From: an uncultured Collinsella sp.
Lineage (GTDB): Bacteria > Actinomycetota > Coriobacteriia > Coriobacteriales > Coriobacteriaceae
Length of the DNA stretch: 64,000 nucleotides
Direction of reading: 5' to 3'
NCBI GenBank assembly: GCA_900541645.1
Contig: UQKQ01000001.1
Location: forward strand, 113,741 to 177,740
Part shown: piece by piece, positions 47,192-57,392 of the stretch
Layout: each line of letters begins with the position of its first letter
How positions within the stretch are numbered: position 1 is the first letter of the stretch
Position numbers and translations under genes: made by a program
The notes under the pieces: generated by a model
What the model was told of the DNA's origin: nothing
The model's database searches: none
The model's input: only the letters and a program-made list of their open reading frames with translations

Positions 47192-47223
47192 TCCATCCGG
47201 GCTGCTGAGGCTGGAGGTAATAC

Positions 47224-48165
47224 ATGTCAGAATTCATTAGGCCTCAGGTTCAGGTCGAAGAGATCAACGAGACGTCTGCTCGTGTCTCCGTCGAGCCGCT
47301 CGAGCGTGGTTACGGCGATACGCTGGGTAACTCCCTTCGTCGCGTTCTTCTGTCCTCGCTCGAGGGTGCCGCCGTCGAGGCTATTCAGATCGATGGTGCG
47401 CAGCACGAGTTCATGACCATCCCTAACATGGTCGAGGATGTCACCGACATCGTCCTGAATGTCAAGGGTCTTGTCTTCAGGGCTCTCGGCACGACCGACG
47501 AGGCGACCGCCACCATCTCGGTTGACGGCCCCTGCGAGGTCACCGGTGCGGACTTCTTTATTCCGTCCGAGTTTGAGCTGGTCAACCCCGAGCAGCACAT
47601 TGCTACGCTCACCGAGGGTGGCCATCTCACCATGAGCATGCGCATCGGCTATGGCCGCGGCTATGTTTCTGGCGAGGCAAACAAGCGCGACAACGATCCC
47701 ATCGGTGTGATCCACGTCGACTCGCTGTACTCGCCGGTTTCCCGTTGCGCCAAGCTCGTTGAGGCTTGCCGTGTCGGTCAGCACACCGACTACGACCGCC
47801 TTGTCCTCGAGATCGAGACCAACGGCTCCATCGCCCCGCGCGACGCCGTGGTCCAGGCTGCCAATATCATCAACCAGCATATGGCCGCCTTTATGAACCT
47901 TGCCGAGACCCCCGAGGTCGAGGAGGAGGCTTCGATCTTCGCTCCCGAGGTCACCAACGACAACGCCGAGCTGGACAAGCAGATCGAGGATCTGGACCTT
48001 TCCGTCCGTTCCTACAACTGCCTTAAGCGCGCCAGCATTCACTCGGTCCGTCAGCTCGTTGAGTTCTCGGAGAACGATCTGCTCAACATCCGTAACTTCG
48101 GTGTTAAGTCGATCGAGGAAGTGAAGGACAAGCTTGAGTCCATGGGCCTGAGCCTGAAGGCTTAA
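47224..48165 (+). CDS. rpoA: DNA-directed RNA polymerase subunit alpha
   Basis: 313 aa; N-terminal domain plus alpha-CTD. Confidence 0.95.
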   Translation: MSEFIRPQVQVEEINETSARVSVEPLERGYGDTLGNSLRRVLLSSLEGAAVEAIQIDGAQHEFMTIPNMVEDVTDIVLNVKGLVFRALGTTDEATATISVDGPCEVTGADFFIPSEFELVNPEQHIATLTEGGHLTMSMRIGYGRGYVSGEANKRDNDPIGVIHVDSLYSPVSRCAKLVEACRVGQHTDYDRLVLEIETNGSIAPRDAVVQAANIINQHMAAFMNLAETPEVEEEASIFAPEVTNDNAELDKQIEDLDLSVRSYNCLKRASIHSVRQLVEFSENDLLNIRNFGVKSIEEVKDKLESMGLSLKA

Positions 48166-48195
48166 TGCTTCGCATATTTGAGGAGAAACTAGACC

Positions 48196-48663
48196 ATGCG
48201 TCACAACGTTAAGAAGGGCCTGAAGCTCGGCACCGATGCGAGCCACACCAAGGCCATGAAGAAGAGCCTTGCTAAGGCCCTCTTCGAGAACGACCGCATC
48301 AAGACCACCGAGACCCGCGCTAAGGCGCTGCGTTCGGTCGTCGACCCGATCATCACTTGGGCCAAGAAGGGCGACCTGCACTCTCGTCGTCTGGCTATCG
48401 CCAAGCTCGGCGATAAGCAGCTCGTTGCCGAGATCTTCGACAAGGCTGCCCAGGGCATGTGGCAGGACCGCAACGGCGGTTACACCCGCATCATGAAGCT
48501 CGGTAACCGCAAGGGCGACAACGCTCCCATTGTTATCATGGAGCTCGTCACCGAGCCTTGCACGCCTAAGGCTAAGAAGACTGCTCCGGCCCCCAAGAAG
48601 GCCGCTGCTCCCAAGAAGGTCGAGGCTGCCGAGGAGGCTCCTGCTGAGGAGACCGCTGAGTAG
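48196..48663 (+). CDS. rplQ: 50S ribosomal protein L17 (with Ala/Lys-rich C-terminal extension)
   Basis: 155 aa. Confidence 0.93.
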   Translation: MRHNVKKGLKLGTDASHTKAMKKSLAKALFENDRIKTTETRAKALRSVVDPIITWAKKGDLHSRRLAIAKLGDKQLVAEIFDKAAQGMWQDRNGGYTRIMKLGNRKGDNAPIVIMELVTEPCTPKAKKTAPAPKKAAAPKKVEAAEEAPAEETAE

Positions 48664-48689
48664 ACAATCCGTCTGCATAGGCTATATTC

Positions 48690-48722
48690 GAGGGGTACGT
48701 TCGCGTACCCCTCTTTTTTTGT
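48690..48722 (+). terminator. Rho-independent terminator of the ribosomal operon (GAGGGGTACG ttcg CGTACCCCTC TTTTTTT)
   Basis: Perfect 10-bp stem plus a T7 run. Confidence 0.75.
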
Positions 48723-48755
48723 CGCGATACCGTTGCTTGTTTGTTGGGAGCGCCC

Positions 48756-49580
48756 ATGACTGCGCCGTCTGATTTCAATTCGATTTCCGAGCTTGACGCC
48801 ACGCTCGTATTTCGCGTGGCCTATGATGGCTCGTCGTATAGCGGATTTGCCGAGCAGCCGGGACAGACGACGGTTGCGGGTGAGCTACGTCGAGCTATTG
48901 AGACGCTCCTGCGCCGTCCGATCGACCTGACGTGTGCGGGACGTACCGATGCCGGCGTGCATGCGGTGGCACAGTTTATCAGCGTGCCCGTAACGGACGC
49001 TGAGTTGGCTTTGACGCGCCGTAGGTGGCTGAGGGCTATGGATGCCCTCCTGCCCAAAGATATCGCCATAAACGAGGTCTACAAGGCCCGTAAAGGCTTT
49101 TCTGCACGCTTTGATGCGCGTTCCCGTACGTATACGTACCGTATTGCCGATCGCGACGCGCGCCCTGTGCTTTCGCGCGGTGCGGTGTGGTGGCATCGCT
49201 ACCCATTGGATGTTGAGGCGATGTCTGCGGCCTGTCCCGCGCTGCTGGGCGAGCAGGACTTCAAGAGCTTTTGCAAGGTGGCGTCTGCCGTGGGCAAGCC
49301 CACGCACCGCTGCGTGATGCGTGCCGAGTTTGGCCATGAGGTTGCGTTTGGCGAGGACATCCTGACGTTTACCATCGAGGGCAATGCGTTTCTGCATTCG
49401 ATGGTCCGTACGATCGTGGGCACGCTTGTCGAGATTGGCATGCATCGCCGTGAACCCGAGTGGATGCGCGAGGTCATCGATGCTTGCGACCGTACCGCTG
49501 CGGGCCCCACGGCTCCTGCCTGCGGCCTTACGTTTATGGGCGTGGATTACGATCCCGCCGAGCTTGTCGTGCTCGACTAG
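48756..49580 (+). CDS. truA: tRNA pseudouridine(38-40) synthase TruA
   Basis: ATG with GGGAG upstream; catalytic region RTDAGVHA. Confidence 0.88.
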   Translation: MTAPSDFNSISELDATLVFRVAYDGSSYSGFAEQPGQTTVAGELRRAIETLLRRPIDLTCAGRTDAGVHAVAQFISVPVTDAELALTRRRWLRAMDALLPKDIAINEVYKARKGFSARFDARSRTYTYRIADRDARPVLSRGAVWWHRYPLDVEAMSAACPALLGEQDFKSFCKVASAVGKPTHRCVMRAEFGHEVAFGEDILTFTIEGNAFLHSMVRTIVGTLVEIGMHRREPEWMREVIDACDRTAAGPTAPACGLTFMGVDYDPAELVVLD

Positions 49581-49732
49581 GGGAGGGCTCGACGCGTCGT
49601 GTGTCGACACCCGTCATCTGTGGGCTGCGCGTGTTCAACATCTGTTCTTGGCGTGCAATACAACCGGTGTCTCATTGCTTTTATTGCTGGGGTGTACCAT
49701 GAACCACGGTTTGATTCATTGCTGTCGAGAGG

Positions 49733-50782
49733 ATGGATAACTTGGTTCGACGTGGCTCGCATCCGCGACTTTCGGTGATCCTTGTGGTAGAAGGTTCGCC
49801 CAGCTATGCGATGCGTGCGCTCGAGAGTATCCAGAACCAAGACCTCTATGATTTGCAGATTGTTGTTGTCTGCCGCGATGCTGCGCCCGGTGTGCGCCAT
49901 TCGCTTCAAGTTGCTGCCGACAGGGACATCCATATTGATTTGATTGACGTCGAGGACGCGAAGCGCGGTGCTTGTCTTCGTGCCGGTTTTGCTGCCTCGC
50001 GTGGCTCTCAAATCATCGCTATGAACGCCGATGAGTGGTTAGCTCCGCAGTCCCTTTCCAAGATGGTCGATATCGCGTGCGATACTGCGGCAGACATAGT
50101 GTTCCCCACGGTGTCGCTCGACCGCTATGATGCACACCGAGAGCGCCATTCGCGCGTCTTGGATGTTGCCCCTATTGTCATTGAAGACAAGTCTTCGATG
50201 GTGACCGGGCTGTCCCAGTTGATTTTAGGCGGCCTAGTCGCTCAGACCTCTGGCGTGATGTACAGCCGCTCGCTGTTTGAGGCATGCCTTTTGTGCGACA
50301 AGGTGTTTCGCACAGTTGGGTTTATGGCGTGCGCGCTCTCGCGGGCGCAGTGCGTCTCCGGCTGCGGCGACGCTTGTTTCCACGCCGCGGCACCTAAGCT
50401 TACAGATGCCTTTGATCCCACCATGTATGCCAAGGTATCCGATGACATCCGAGCACTCGACGAGCTTGCGGACTCACTCTCGGAAGCAGATAGCGGTGGT
50501 CGGCTCAAGCTGGCAAGCCAAAAGTTCTACTTTGCCGGACTGGTCGCCTGCATCGAGAATTTGTGCCTGAGCCCGCACGGGTTGTCGTCAATCGAGCGTT
50601 CCGCCCGCATGCGTGATATGCTCGATGCGCCTCGAACCCGTCAGATGGTCGCCGCGCTCAAGGACAACCATCGGGGACTCGGTCTGTTGTTTGGGCCGAT
50701 TGCCAGCGCCAAGCCCGCGCGCTGCGTGATGTGTACGCATCTGGCAGCTTTTCTTAACCGGACGGGCGCAAAAACCGCCTAA
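49733..50782 (+). CDS. Glycosyltransferase family 2-like protein
   Basis: 349 aa; N-terminal GT-A-like fold start (LSVILVVEGSPSYAMRALESIQNQ); weak assignment. Confidence 0.55.
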   Translation: MDNLVRRGSHPRLSVILVVEGSPSYAMRALESIQNQDLYDLQIVVVCRDAAPGVRHSLQVAADRDIHIDLIDVEDAKRGACLRAGFAASRGSQIIAMNADEWLAPQSLSKMVDIACDTAADIVFPTVSLDRYDAHRERHSRVLDVAPIVIEDKSSMVTGLSQLILGGLVAQTSGVMYSRSLFEACLLCDKVFRTVGFMACALSRAQCVSGCGDACFHAAAPKLTDAFDPTMYAKVSDDIRALDELADSLSEADSGGRLKLASQKFYFAGLVACIENLCLSPHGLSSIERSARMRDMLDAPRTRQMVAALKDNHRGLGLLFGPIASAKPARCVMCTHLAAFLNRTGAKTA

Positions 50783-50866
50783 ACGGCTCATTACGAAACA
50801 AACTTGCATAGAATTGTTTCGAAATGCGTTCTTATACACAAAAGCCTTCAAATAGCGTTAAACTAT

Positions 50867-50881
50867 TCAATCACTGATTGA
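50867..50881. promoter_or_regulatory. 15-bp palindrome TCAATCA-C-TGATTGA, 35 bp upstream of argR; candidate ARG-box-like autoregulatory operator
   Basis: Perfect 7-bp arms around a central C. Confidence 0.35.
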
Positions 50882-50915
50882 TTGTCTCCGCCATCTTTTG
50901 GAGAGAGGGTTTGTA

Positions 50916-51352
50916 TGGCTAAAAAACGCAATGGGCGCCAGGATGCCATTAGAGATATTGTGCGCAATAAGGACGTCCGTACGCAACGCGTGCTGGTCGA
51001 TGAGCTCCGTGCCATGGGCTTTGATTGCACGCAGGCGACTGTCTCTCGCGATATTGCCGACATGGGGCTGCGTAAGCTCCCTGAGGGCATCTATGTTCTG
51101 GCAGAGGACCTGCACCTGCAGCGTATGGTTTCCGAGCTCGTAACGGGCGTTCTACGTACCGATAATCTGGTCATGATCAAGGCTCAGCCTGGCACGGCTT
51201 CCGGCATCGCCGCCGCCGTTGATGCGGCAGAGTTGCCCGATGTGCTTGGCTCGCTTGCCGGCAACGATACGATTTTGGTTATTGCCCAGACGGCCGAGGA
51301 CGGCGAGCGTCTCGAGGCGCTGATCAATAAGCTGAGCAATTCTCGCAAGTAG
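50916..51352 (+). CDS. argR: Arginine repressor ArgR
   Basis: 145 aa. N-terminal winged-helix DNA-binding region (RQDAIRDIV…TQATVSRDI) and a C-terminal oligomerisation/arginine-binding domain. Confidence 0.85.
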
Positions 51353-51540
51353 GCGTGCGGGTCGTACGCTCGGCACTGTGCGCGCTGACATCGTGGCTTG
51401 TAAGGGGTATCGACGTTGGTCGGTACTCCCTTTTTGTTTGCCGGTATAAAGAACGCTCACCAGGTCGCTTTAAACTAAAAGGCCCCCGAGCAGTTTAATA
51501 AGCTGCTCGGGGGCCTTGTTGCTTATGGCCGGATGACTTT

Positions 51541-53739
51541 CTAGCCGACCGTATCGTCAGGCGTGGGCGAGGGATCGGGAGTGGGCGTAGGCGTAGGCGT
51601 AGGCGTGCCGCCATCGCCGCCGGTCGAACCACCAGTGGAGCCGCCCGTCGAGCCACCGGTCGTACCGGTGCCGCCGGTGGTGTCGCCGCCCGTGGTTTCG
51701 GTGGTCGTGGTCGTCGTGGTAGTCGTTGTGGTGGTTTCCTCTTCGTCCTCGTTCTCGTCCTTGTCGTCGTTCTCCGTCTTCTTGGTGTTGTTGGTGCCGT
51801 AGAACTTCCAGACGCTGTTGTTCTTGTAGGTGGGCGCCGTTCCGGTCGCAAACTCCTCGCGTTCGGTACCGGTCAGAACGGTGTTCATAAACCGCTTAAA
51901 GACAGGCAGGTTGGTGCTGTCGCCCAGCAGGTCCGTGCCGTATTTTTGGATGGGGATCTCGCCCGCGGAATAGCCGGTCCACAGGGCGCACGCCAGCTGC
52001 GGGGTATAGCCGCAGAACCACAGGTTAGTGGTGTTGTCGGTGGTGCCCGTTTTGCCGGCATAGGGCTGGTTGACGCTCAGGGCGCCAGCAGCACCCGTAC
52101 CGCCGCCCTGCATGACGCCGGACAGAACATCGGTGACCGCGGCGGCCTCGCCCTCGGTAAGCACCTGTGAGGGATTGTCGGTGTGCTGGTACAGCACCGA
52201 ACCGGTACGAGAGTCAATCTCGGTGATGGCGATCGGCTGGCGATAGTAGCCGCCGTTGGCAAACGTCGCGTAGGCGGCGGCCATCTCGAGCGGCGAGATC
52301 GAGCCGGTGCCGAGCGTCATGACGGGAACGTCCTCGATGTTGTCCTTGGCGGGATCGATGCCGAGCTTTTTGACGAGCGAGATGATCTTGCTGTTGCCGA
52401 CGGCTTCCGCCACCTGGATGTAGCCGGTGTTGGAGGAGTATGCCGTTGCCTGCTTAAGCGTGATGTTGCCATAGCTATGGTTGGCGTAGTTTTGGACCTC
52501 GGTCGTGGTGCCCTTAGCCTTGAGCGGCGAGTTGCAGTTGAGGGTGACGTTGGGGTTCATGCCGTTTTGGATGGCAGTTGCCAGCGTAAAGGCCTTAAAG
52601 GTGGAGCCGACGGGACGCTTGGCCGTGGCATGGTTTACGTGGTTCTCGTCGGCGTTGTAGTCGTAGCCGCCCACCATGCACTTGATGTAGCCGGTCTTGG
52701 GGTCGACGACGACCATGCCCATATCCAGGCCGTCGAGTGAGAGCGTGTCGAGCTGCTGGCGGACGGCATTCTCTGCCACCTGCTGCATCGTGGGGTCGAT
52801 GGTGGTCTTGACGGTCAGACCGCCCTTAAAGAGCACGTCGGTCGAGAACTCCTGCTCCAGCAGCTGCTTAACATAGGCGACAAAGTAGGGCTGCGAGTAT
52901 ACGTCGACGCCGCTGCCCGAAATCTCGGTCACGTTGAGGGTGATGGGCTCGGCCTGTGCGGCATCGTGCTCCTCCTGCGTAATGTGGCCCAGACGCAACA
53001 TGTTGTCGAGGACCTTGTTGCGACGGGACAGCGCCAGGTCGGGGTTGACCGTGGGGTCGTACTGCGAGGGCGAGTTGGGAAGGCCGATGAGCAGCGCGGC
53101 CTCGCTCAGGGTGAGGTCGGCGGCGCTCTTGGACAGATAGGTCTCGGCTGCGGCCTCGATGCCGTAGGCGCCGTGGCCGTAATAGATGGTGTTGAGGTAC
53201 ATCATGAGGATCTCGTCTTTGGAGTACATGTCCTCCATCTTGACGGCGATGTAGGCCTCGCGCACCTTACGCTCGATGGTCGAGTCGAACTGCTCCTCCT
53301 GCAGGATGGTGTTGCGCACCAGCTGCTGGGTGATAGTCGAGGCGCCTTCGTGCCCGCCGCCGAGGGTTGCCACCGCAGCACGCGCGATACCCCACAGGTC
53401 GATACCGCCGTGCTCGTAGAAGCGCTCGTCCTCGACGTCAACGGTGCCCTGCAGCACGTAGGGGGAGACCTCGTCCTTGGTGATGGACTTGCGGTTTTGC
53501 GTGTAGAAGCTTGCGATCTTGTTGCCGTTGCAGTCGACGATCTCGGTGGGCTCGCTCACCAGATACGCGTTGGCGTCGGTGTAGTCGGGCAGATCGGACA
53601 GCCAGCGGTTGACGTTGCCGACCATGCCGATGCCAAACGCGACGCCCGCAATCAGCAGAAAGCCCAAAAACGAGAGCAGGATTATGGGCAGAGCATGCGT
53701 CTTTGAACGGCTGCGTCCCTGTCGTTGGCGAGGACCCAT
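51541..53739 (-). CDS. Class A penicillin-binding protein (PBP1A: transglycosylase + transpeptidase) with Thr/Gly/Pro-rich C-terminal tail
   Basis: ATG with GGAGG upstream. Single N-terminal TM segment, a GT51 domain (EDERFYEHGGID), and a transpeptidase domain (STFK, SSN, KTGTT). Tail reads TTTTTTTTTTTTETTGGDTTGG…TPTPTPTPTP. Confidence 0.85.
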   Translation of the reverse strand: MGPRQRQGRSRSKTHALPIILLSFLGFLLIAGVAFGIGMVGNVNRWLSDLPDYTDANAYLVSEPTEIVDCNGNKIASFYTQNRKSITKDEVSPYVLQGTVDVEDERFYEHGGIDLWGIARAAVATLGGGHEGASTITQQLVRNTILQEEQFDSTIERKVREAYIAVKMEDMYSKDEILMMYLNTIYYGHGAYGIEAAAETYLSKSAADLTLSEAALLIGLPNSPSQYDPTVNPDLALSRRNKVLDNMLRLGHITQEEHDAAQAEPITLNVTEISGSGVDVYSQPYFVAYVKQLLEQEFSTDVLFKGGLTVKTTIDPTMQQVAENAVRQQLDTLSLDGLDMGMVVVDPKTGYIKCMVGGYDYNADENHVNHATAKRPVGSTFKAFTLATAIQNGMNPNVTLNCNSPLKAKGTTTEVQNYANHSYGNITLKQATAYSSNTGYIQVAEAVGNSKIISLVKKLGIDPAKDNIEDVPVMTLGTGSISPLEMAAAYATFANGGYYRQPIAITEIDSRTGSVLYQHTDNPSQVLTEGEAAAVTDVLSGVMQGGGTGAAGALSVNQPYAGKTGTTDNTTNLWFCGYTPQLACALWTGYSAGEIPIQKYGTDLLGDSTNLPVFKRFMNTVLTGTEREEFATGTAPTYKNNSVWKFYGTNNTKKTENDDKDENEDEEETTTTTTTTTTTTETTGGDTTGGTGTTGGSTGGSTGGSTGGDGGTPTPTPTPTPDPSPTPDDTVG

Positions 53740-53901
53740 ATATTGACCTCCAGGTATGTCGTGCCGGGCGGCGGATGTGCCGTCGAGGCAGGATGGACAT
53801 AAGTGATTACACGATAAACCAAACGGGGCGCGCGATGCCTCGTGTATGCTGGAAGACGGCATTTTTCAGAGTGAATGCATACCTTGGTAAGGAGTTTGCC
53901 G

Positions 53902-55860
53902 ATGGCGATTCGGGCGATGGGGCCGAGCGGACAATACGAGACTGGATTGGATGCTGCCGGTGCGGCGCTGCCCGAGCTGCTGGCGCCGGCGGGCGGGCTC
54001 GACCAGATGCTTGCGGCCATCGCCGCGGGCGCCGATGCCATCTATGCGGGGTTGGGCGGCTTTAACGCCCGCGTGAGCGCGCATGGTTTTACGGATGACG
54101 AGTTTGCGCGCGGCTGCGCCGTGGCGCATGCCCATGGCGTGCGCGTGTACGTGACGCTCAACGTGTTCGTGTTTGACGATGAGTTATCCGACGCGGTGGC
54201 GTTGGGAGCTCATGCACTGGAGCTGGGCGCCGATGCTCTGATTGTCGCCGATGCCGGGCTGGCTTGTGTACTGCGCGCGGCGATTCCCGGGGTCGAGATT
54301 CACCTGTCCACGCAGGCGGGCGCTCATAGCGAAGGCGCCGTGCGGCTTGCCGCCGATGGGCTGGGGGTCGAGCGCGTGACGACGGCACGCGAGCTGACGG
54401 TCGACGAGATTGCGGCGCTATGTGCCACGGGCGTGCCCATCGAGGTATTCTGCCACGGTGCGATTTGCATCGGCTATTCGGGGGCGTGCGAGTTCTCGGC
54501 CCTGCGGCGTGGGCGCTCGGCGATGCGCGGCGACTGCACGCAGCCGTGCCGTCTGGCGTACGACCTGGTGGACGAGGCGGGGCAGAGCGTTGTCGCCGTC
54601 GAGGGAGATCGCCTGCTGTGTCCGCGTGACTATCTGGGTATTGCGCATCTGCCCGAGCTTGTAGATGCCGGCGTGGCGTCGCTCAAGATCGAGGGGCGCA
54701 TGAAGAACCCCGATTACGTATTCAACGTGGTGCGGGTGTGGCGCCGGGCACTCGATATGCTGTGCGACGGCGCGTGGGACCCCGATGCCGTGGAAGAGCT
54801 TGAGCGCGAGCTGGGGAGGTCGTTTAACCGTGGGTTTACCGATGCGTACCTGCGAGGGCGTTCGGGTGCCGAGCTGATGAGCTTTGAGCGCGCAATTAAC
54901 CAGGGCGTGCGCGTGGGGCGCTTGGTCGCTGTGGGCCACGAAGAGGTGACCGTTGAGCTCGACGCCGCCGTGGCGGCGGGTGACACGCTCGAGATTCGGT
55001 TCTATCCGGGTGTCGACGCGCGTCCCGATGTGCCCAAGCGCTGGCCGCAGGTGCCCTGCCCGGTGGATGCCGCAGCGGGGGAGCGCGTCGTCGTGCATTG
55101 CAAGCGTAAGGTGGGCACGGGCTGCGAGGTATACCTGATTCGCAGCGCCGGCGTGTTGGATCAGACGGCGGCGGTGTTGGAGTGCATGCGGGCCGAGGCG
55201 GATGCGATTGCGCCCGTTGCTCGTGCCGTTGAGGTGCTGCCCTTTGAGGACGTTGCGGTGGATGGCGGTGCGTCGACGGAGTTGGTGGAGTGCGCGGTTC
55301 CCACTCGCATGGTTTTTGCTTGGCAGCTGATGGATGCCGACCCGCGCGGGGAACTCGATTTGTCCGACGCCGTTGTGGTGCTTGACGAGGTGTGCCGCGC
55401 GAGTGACGCTGACTGGACCCGCTCACTGATGCAGCGTGCCGGGCGCGTCGTCTGCCGCAACCTGGGACAGGTGGTGATCGCTCGCGAGCTGGGCGTGACG
55501 TTTGACGTGGCGGCGCCGGTGTTCTGCGCGAATCGGGCCACGCTTACCTGGCTGCGCGGACTCGGTGCGGGGCGGGTGTACTTGCCGGCCGAGTTGCTCG
55601 GCAATGATAGGGGGCGTATTGCCGAACTGGCCGCTGAACCCGGCGTCTTGGGTCCGGTCGACGCCGACCGTCCCGAGCTTATGGTGTGCGAGCACTGCCT
55701 GCTGACCGCCGAGGGCGTCTGCGCCACCGATGCGACGGGACAGGTCCGTTGCCGCGACTGCTTGCGTCGTCGGCAGGCACGCTATCTGGTCGAGCGTGAC
55801 GGTACACGTCTGCCAGTTGCCATTGACGCATGCGGCAGGACGAGGATTTTCCTGTCGTAG
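53902..55860 (+). CDS. U32-family peptidase-like protein (second paralog)
   Basis: ATG after AAGGAG; blocks PELLAPAGG, YVTLNVFVFDDE and EVFCHGAICIGYSG parallel those of 7223–9718. Confidence 0.85.
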   Translation: MAIRAMGPSGQYETGLDAAGAALPELLAPAGGLDQMLAAIAAGADAIYAGLGGFNARVSAHGFTDDEFARGCAVAHAHGVRVYVTLNVFVFDDELSDAVALGAHALELGADALIVADAGLACVLRAAIPGVEIHLSTQAGAHSEGAVRLAADGLGVERVTTARELTVDEIAALCATGVPIEVFCHGAICIGYSGACEFSALRRGRSAMRGDCTQPCRLAYDLVDEAGQSVVAVEGDRLLCPRDYLGIAHLPELVDAGVASLKIEGRMKNPDYVFNVVRVWRRALDMLCDGAWDPDAVEELERELGRSFNRGFTDAYLRGRSGAELMSFERAINQGVRVGRLVAVGHEEVTVELDAAVAAGDTLEIRFYPGVDARPDVPKRWPQVPCPVDAAAGERVVVHCKRKVGTGCEVYLIRSAGVLDQTAAVLECMRAEADAIAPVARAVEVLPFEDVAVDGGASTELVECAVPTRMVFAWQLMDADPRGELDLSDAVVVLDEVCRASDADWTRSLMQRAGRVVCRNLGQVVIARELGVTFDVAAPVFCANRATLTWLRGLGAGRVYLPAELLGNDRGRIAELAAEPGVLGPVDADRPELMVCEHCLLTAEGVCATDATGQVRCRDCLRRRQARYLVERDGTRLPVAIDACGRTRIFLS

Positions 55861-55956
55861 GTGCCGCGTCGCGTCAGTTTGTTATCATAAGAGAGTTTAT
55901 GGACTTCCAGCACCGCCGTTTTCGGCGAGGGTGCTATAGCAAAAGGAGGATACCCA

Positions 55957-57168
55957 ATGCTGTCTGTTGACGAGCAAATGCGTATCATCACCTCGGGCGC
56001 CGCGCAGATCGTCCCCGAGGCCGACCTTCGCAAGAAGCTTGAGAAGGGCGAGCCCCTCAACATCAAGCTCGGCGTCGATCCCACCAGCCCCGACCTGCAC
56101 CTGGGCCACGCCGTGCCGCTGCGCAAGATGCGTCAGTTCCAGGACCTGGGCCACAACGTTACCCTCATCATCGGCAACGGCACCGCGCTGATCGGCGACC
56201 CCTCGGGCAAGAACTCCACGCGTCCGCAGCTTTCGCAGGAGCAGATCGAGGCCAATGCCGAGACCTACGTGAGCCAGGCTATGAAGATCCTGGATCCCGA
56301 GAAGACCACCATCGTGCACAACGGTGACTGGATCCTTTCGATGGACCTGGCCGGTCTGCTGCAGGTATGCTCCAAGTTCACCGTCGCCCGCATCCTTGAG
56401 CGCGACGACTTTACTAAGCGCTACCAGTCTCAGACGCCGATCGCCCTGCACGAGTTCCTGTACCCCGTGATGCAGGCCTTCGACTCCGTTCAGATCAAGG
56501 CCGACGTGGAGATGGGCGGCACCGACCAGCTCTTCAACCTGCTCGCCGGCCGCGAGCTCATGGAGAAGATGGGCATGGAGCCGCAGATCGCGCTCACCAT
56601 GCCGCTGCTCGAGGGCACCGACGGCGTGCGCAAGATGTCCAAGTCCTATGGCAACTACATCGGCCTGACCGACGCTCCCAAGGATATGTTCGGCAAGACC
56701 ATGTCCATCCCCGACGAGATGATCGGCAAGTACTACCGCCTGGCGAGCTCGCTCACCCCGGCCGAGGTCGACAAGATCGACGCTGCCCTGGCCGATGGTT
56801 CTGCCGACCCCTACGAGCTCAAGCGCGCTCTGGGTCGCGACCTGTGCGACACCTACCACGGCGCCGGTGCCGGCGACGAGGCTCAGGCCGAGTTCGACCG
56901 CGTATTCAAGGAGGGCCAGCTCGCCGACTTCCCCGAGAAGCACGTTGAGCTGACCGTCAACGACGAGGGCCAGATCTACCTCGCCGGTCTGCTCAAGGAC
57001 CTGGGTCTTTCGGCGAGCGCCGGCCAGGCTCGTCGCGATATCGACGGCGGCGGCGTCAAGATCAACGGCAAGGCCGTGGCTCCCAAGAGCTACAACATCG
57101 ACCCAAGCGCCCTCAAGCTGGGCGACATCCTCTCCGTAGGCAAGCGCAAGGGTTTTAAGTTGGTCTAA
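55957..57168 (+). CDS. tyrS: Tyrosine--tRNA ligase
   Basis: HIGH-type motif (DLHLGH), KMSKS, and a C-terminal S4 domain. Confidence 0.92.
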   Translation: MLSVDEQMRIITSGAAQIVPEADLRKKLEKGEPLNIKLGVDPTSPDLHLGHAVPLRKMRQFQDLGHNVTLIIGNGTALIGDPSGKNSTRPQLSQEQIEANAETYVSQAMKILDPEKTTIVHNGDWILSMDLAGLLQVCSKFTVARILERDDFTKRYQSQTPIALHEFLYPVMQAFDSVQIKADVEMGGTDQLFNLLAGRELMEKMGMEPQIALTMPLLEGTDGVRKMSKSYGNYIGLTDAPKDMFGKTMSIPDEMIGKYYRLASSLTPAEVDKIDAALADGSADPYELKRALGRDLCDTYHGAGAGDEAQAEFDRVFKEGQLADFPEKHVELTVNDEGQIYLAGLLKDLGLSASAGQARRDIDGGGVKINGKAVAPKSYNIDPSALKLGDILSVGKRKGFKLV

Positions 57169-57197
57169 CGAGCGAGTTGACCTCACAAGTGCAATAA

Positions 57198-57235
57198 GGC
57201 CGCAGCCGGGAATCCCGACTGCGGCCTTTTTTGGT
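57198..57235 (+). terminator. Rho-independent terminator (GGCCGCAGCCGGG aatc CCGACTGCGGCC TTTTTTGG)
   Basis: 13-bp stem plus a T6 run. Confidence 0.7.
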
Positions 57236-57392
57236 TACGACGATCCCTTGGGGACGGAGGGATCATTTGGCGGTGCCGTTAAGCGGAAGGGGTGTTATCG
57301 GTGGCCTTCTTTTGGGCATACAATGGCTATTGGTTTGCTGCGGTGAAGGCCTGTCCGCTCCGCAGCTTTTTTCTACGGTTAAAGGAGTATGT

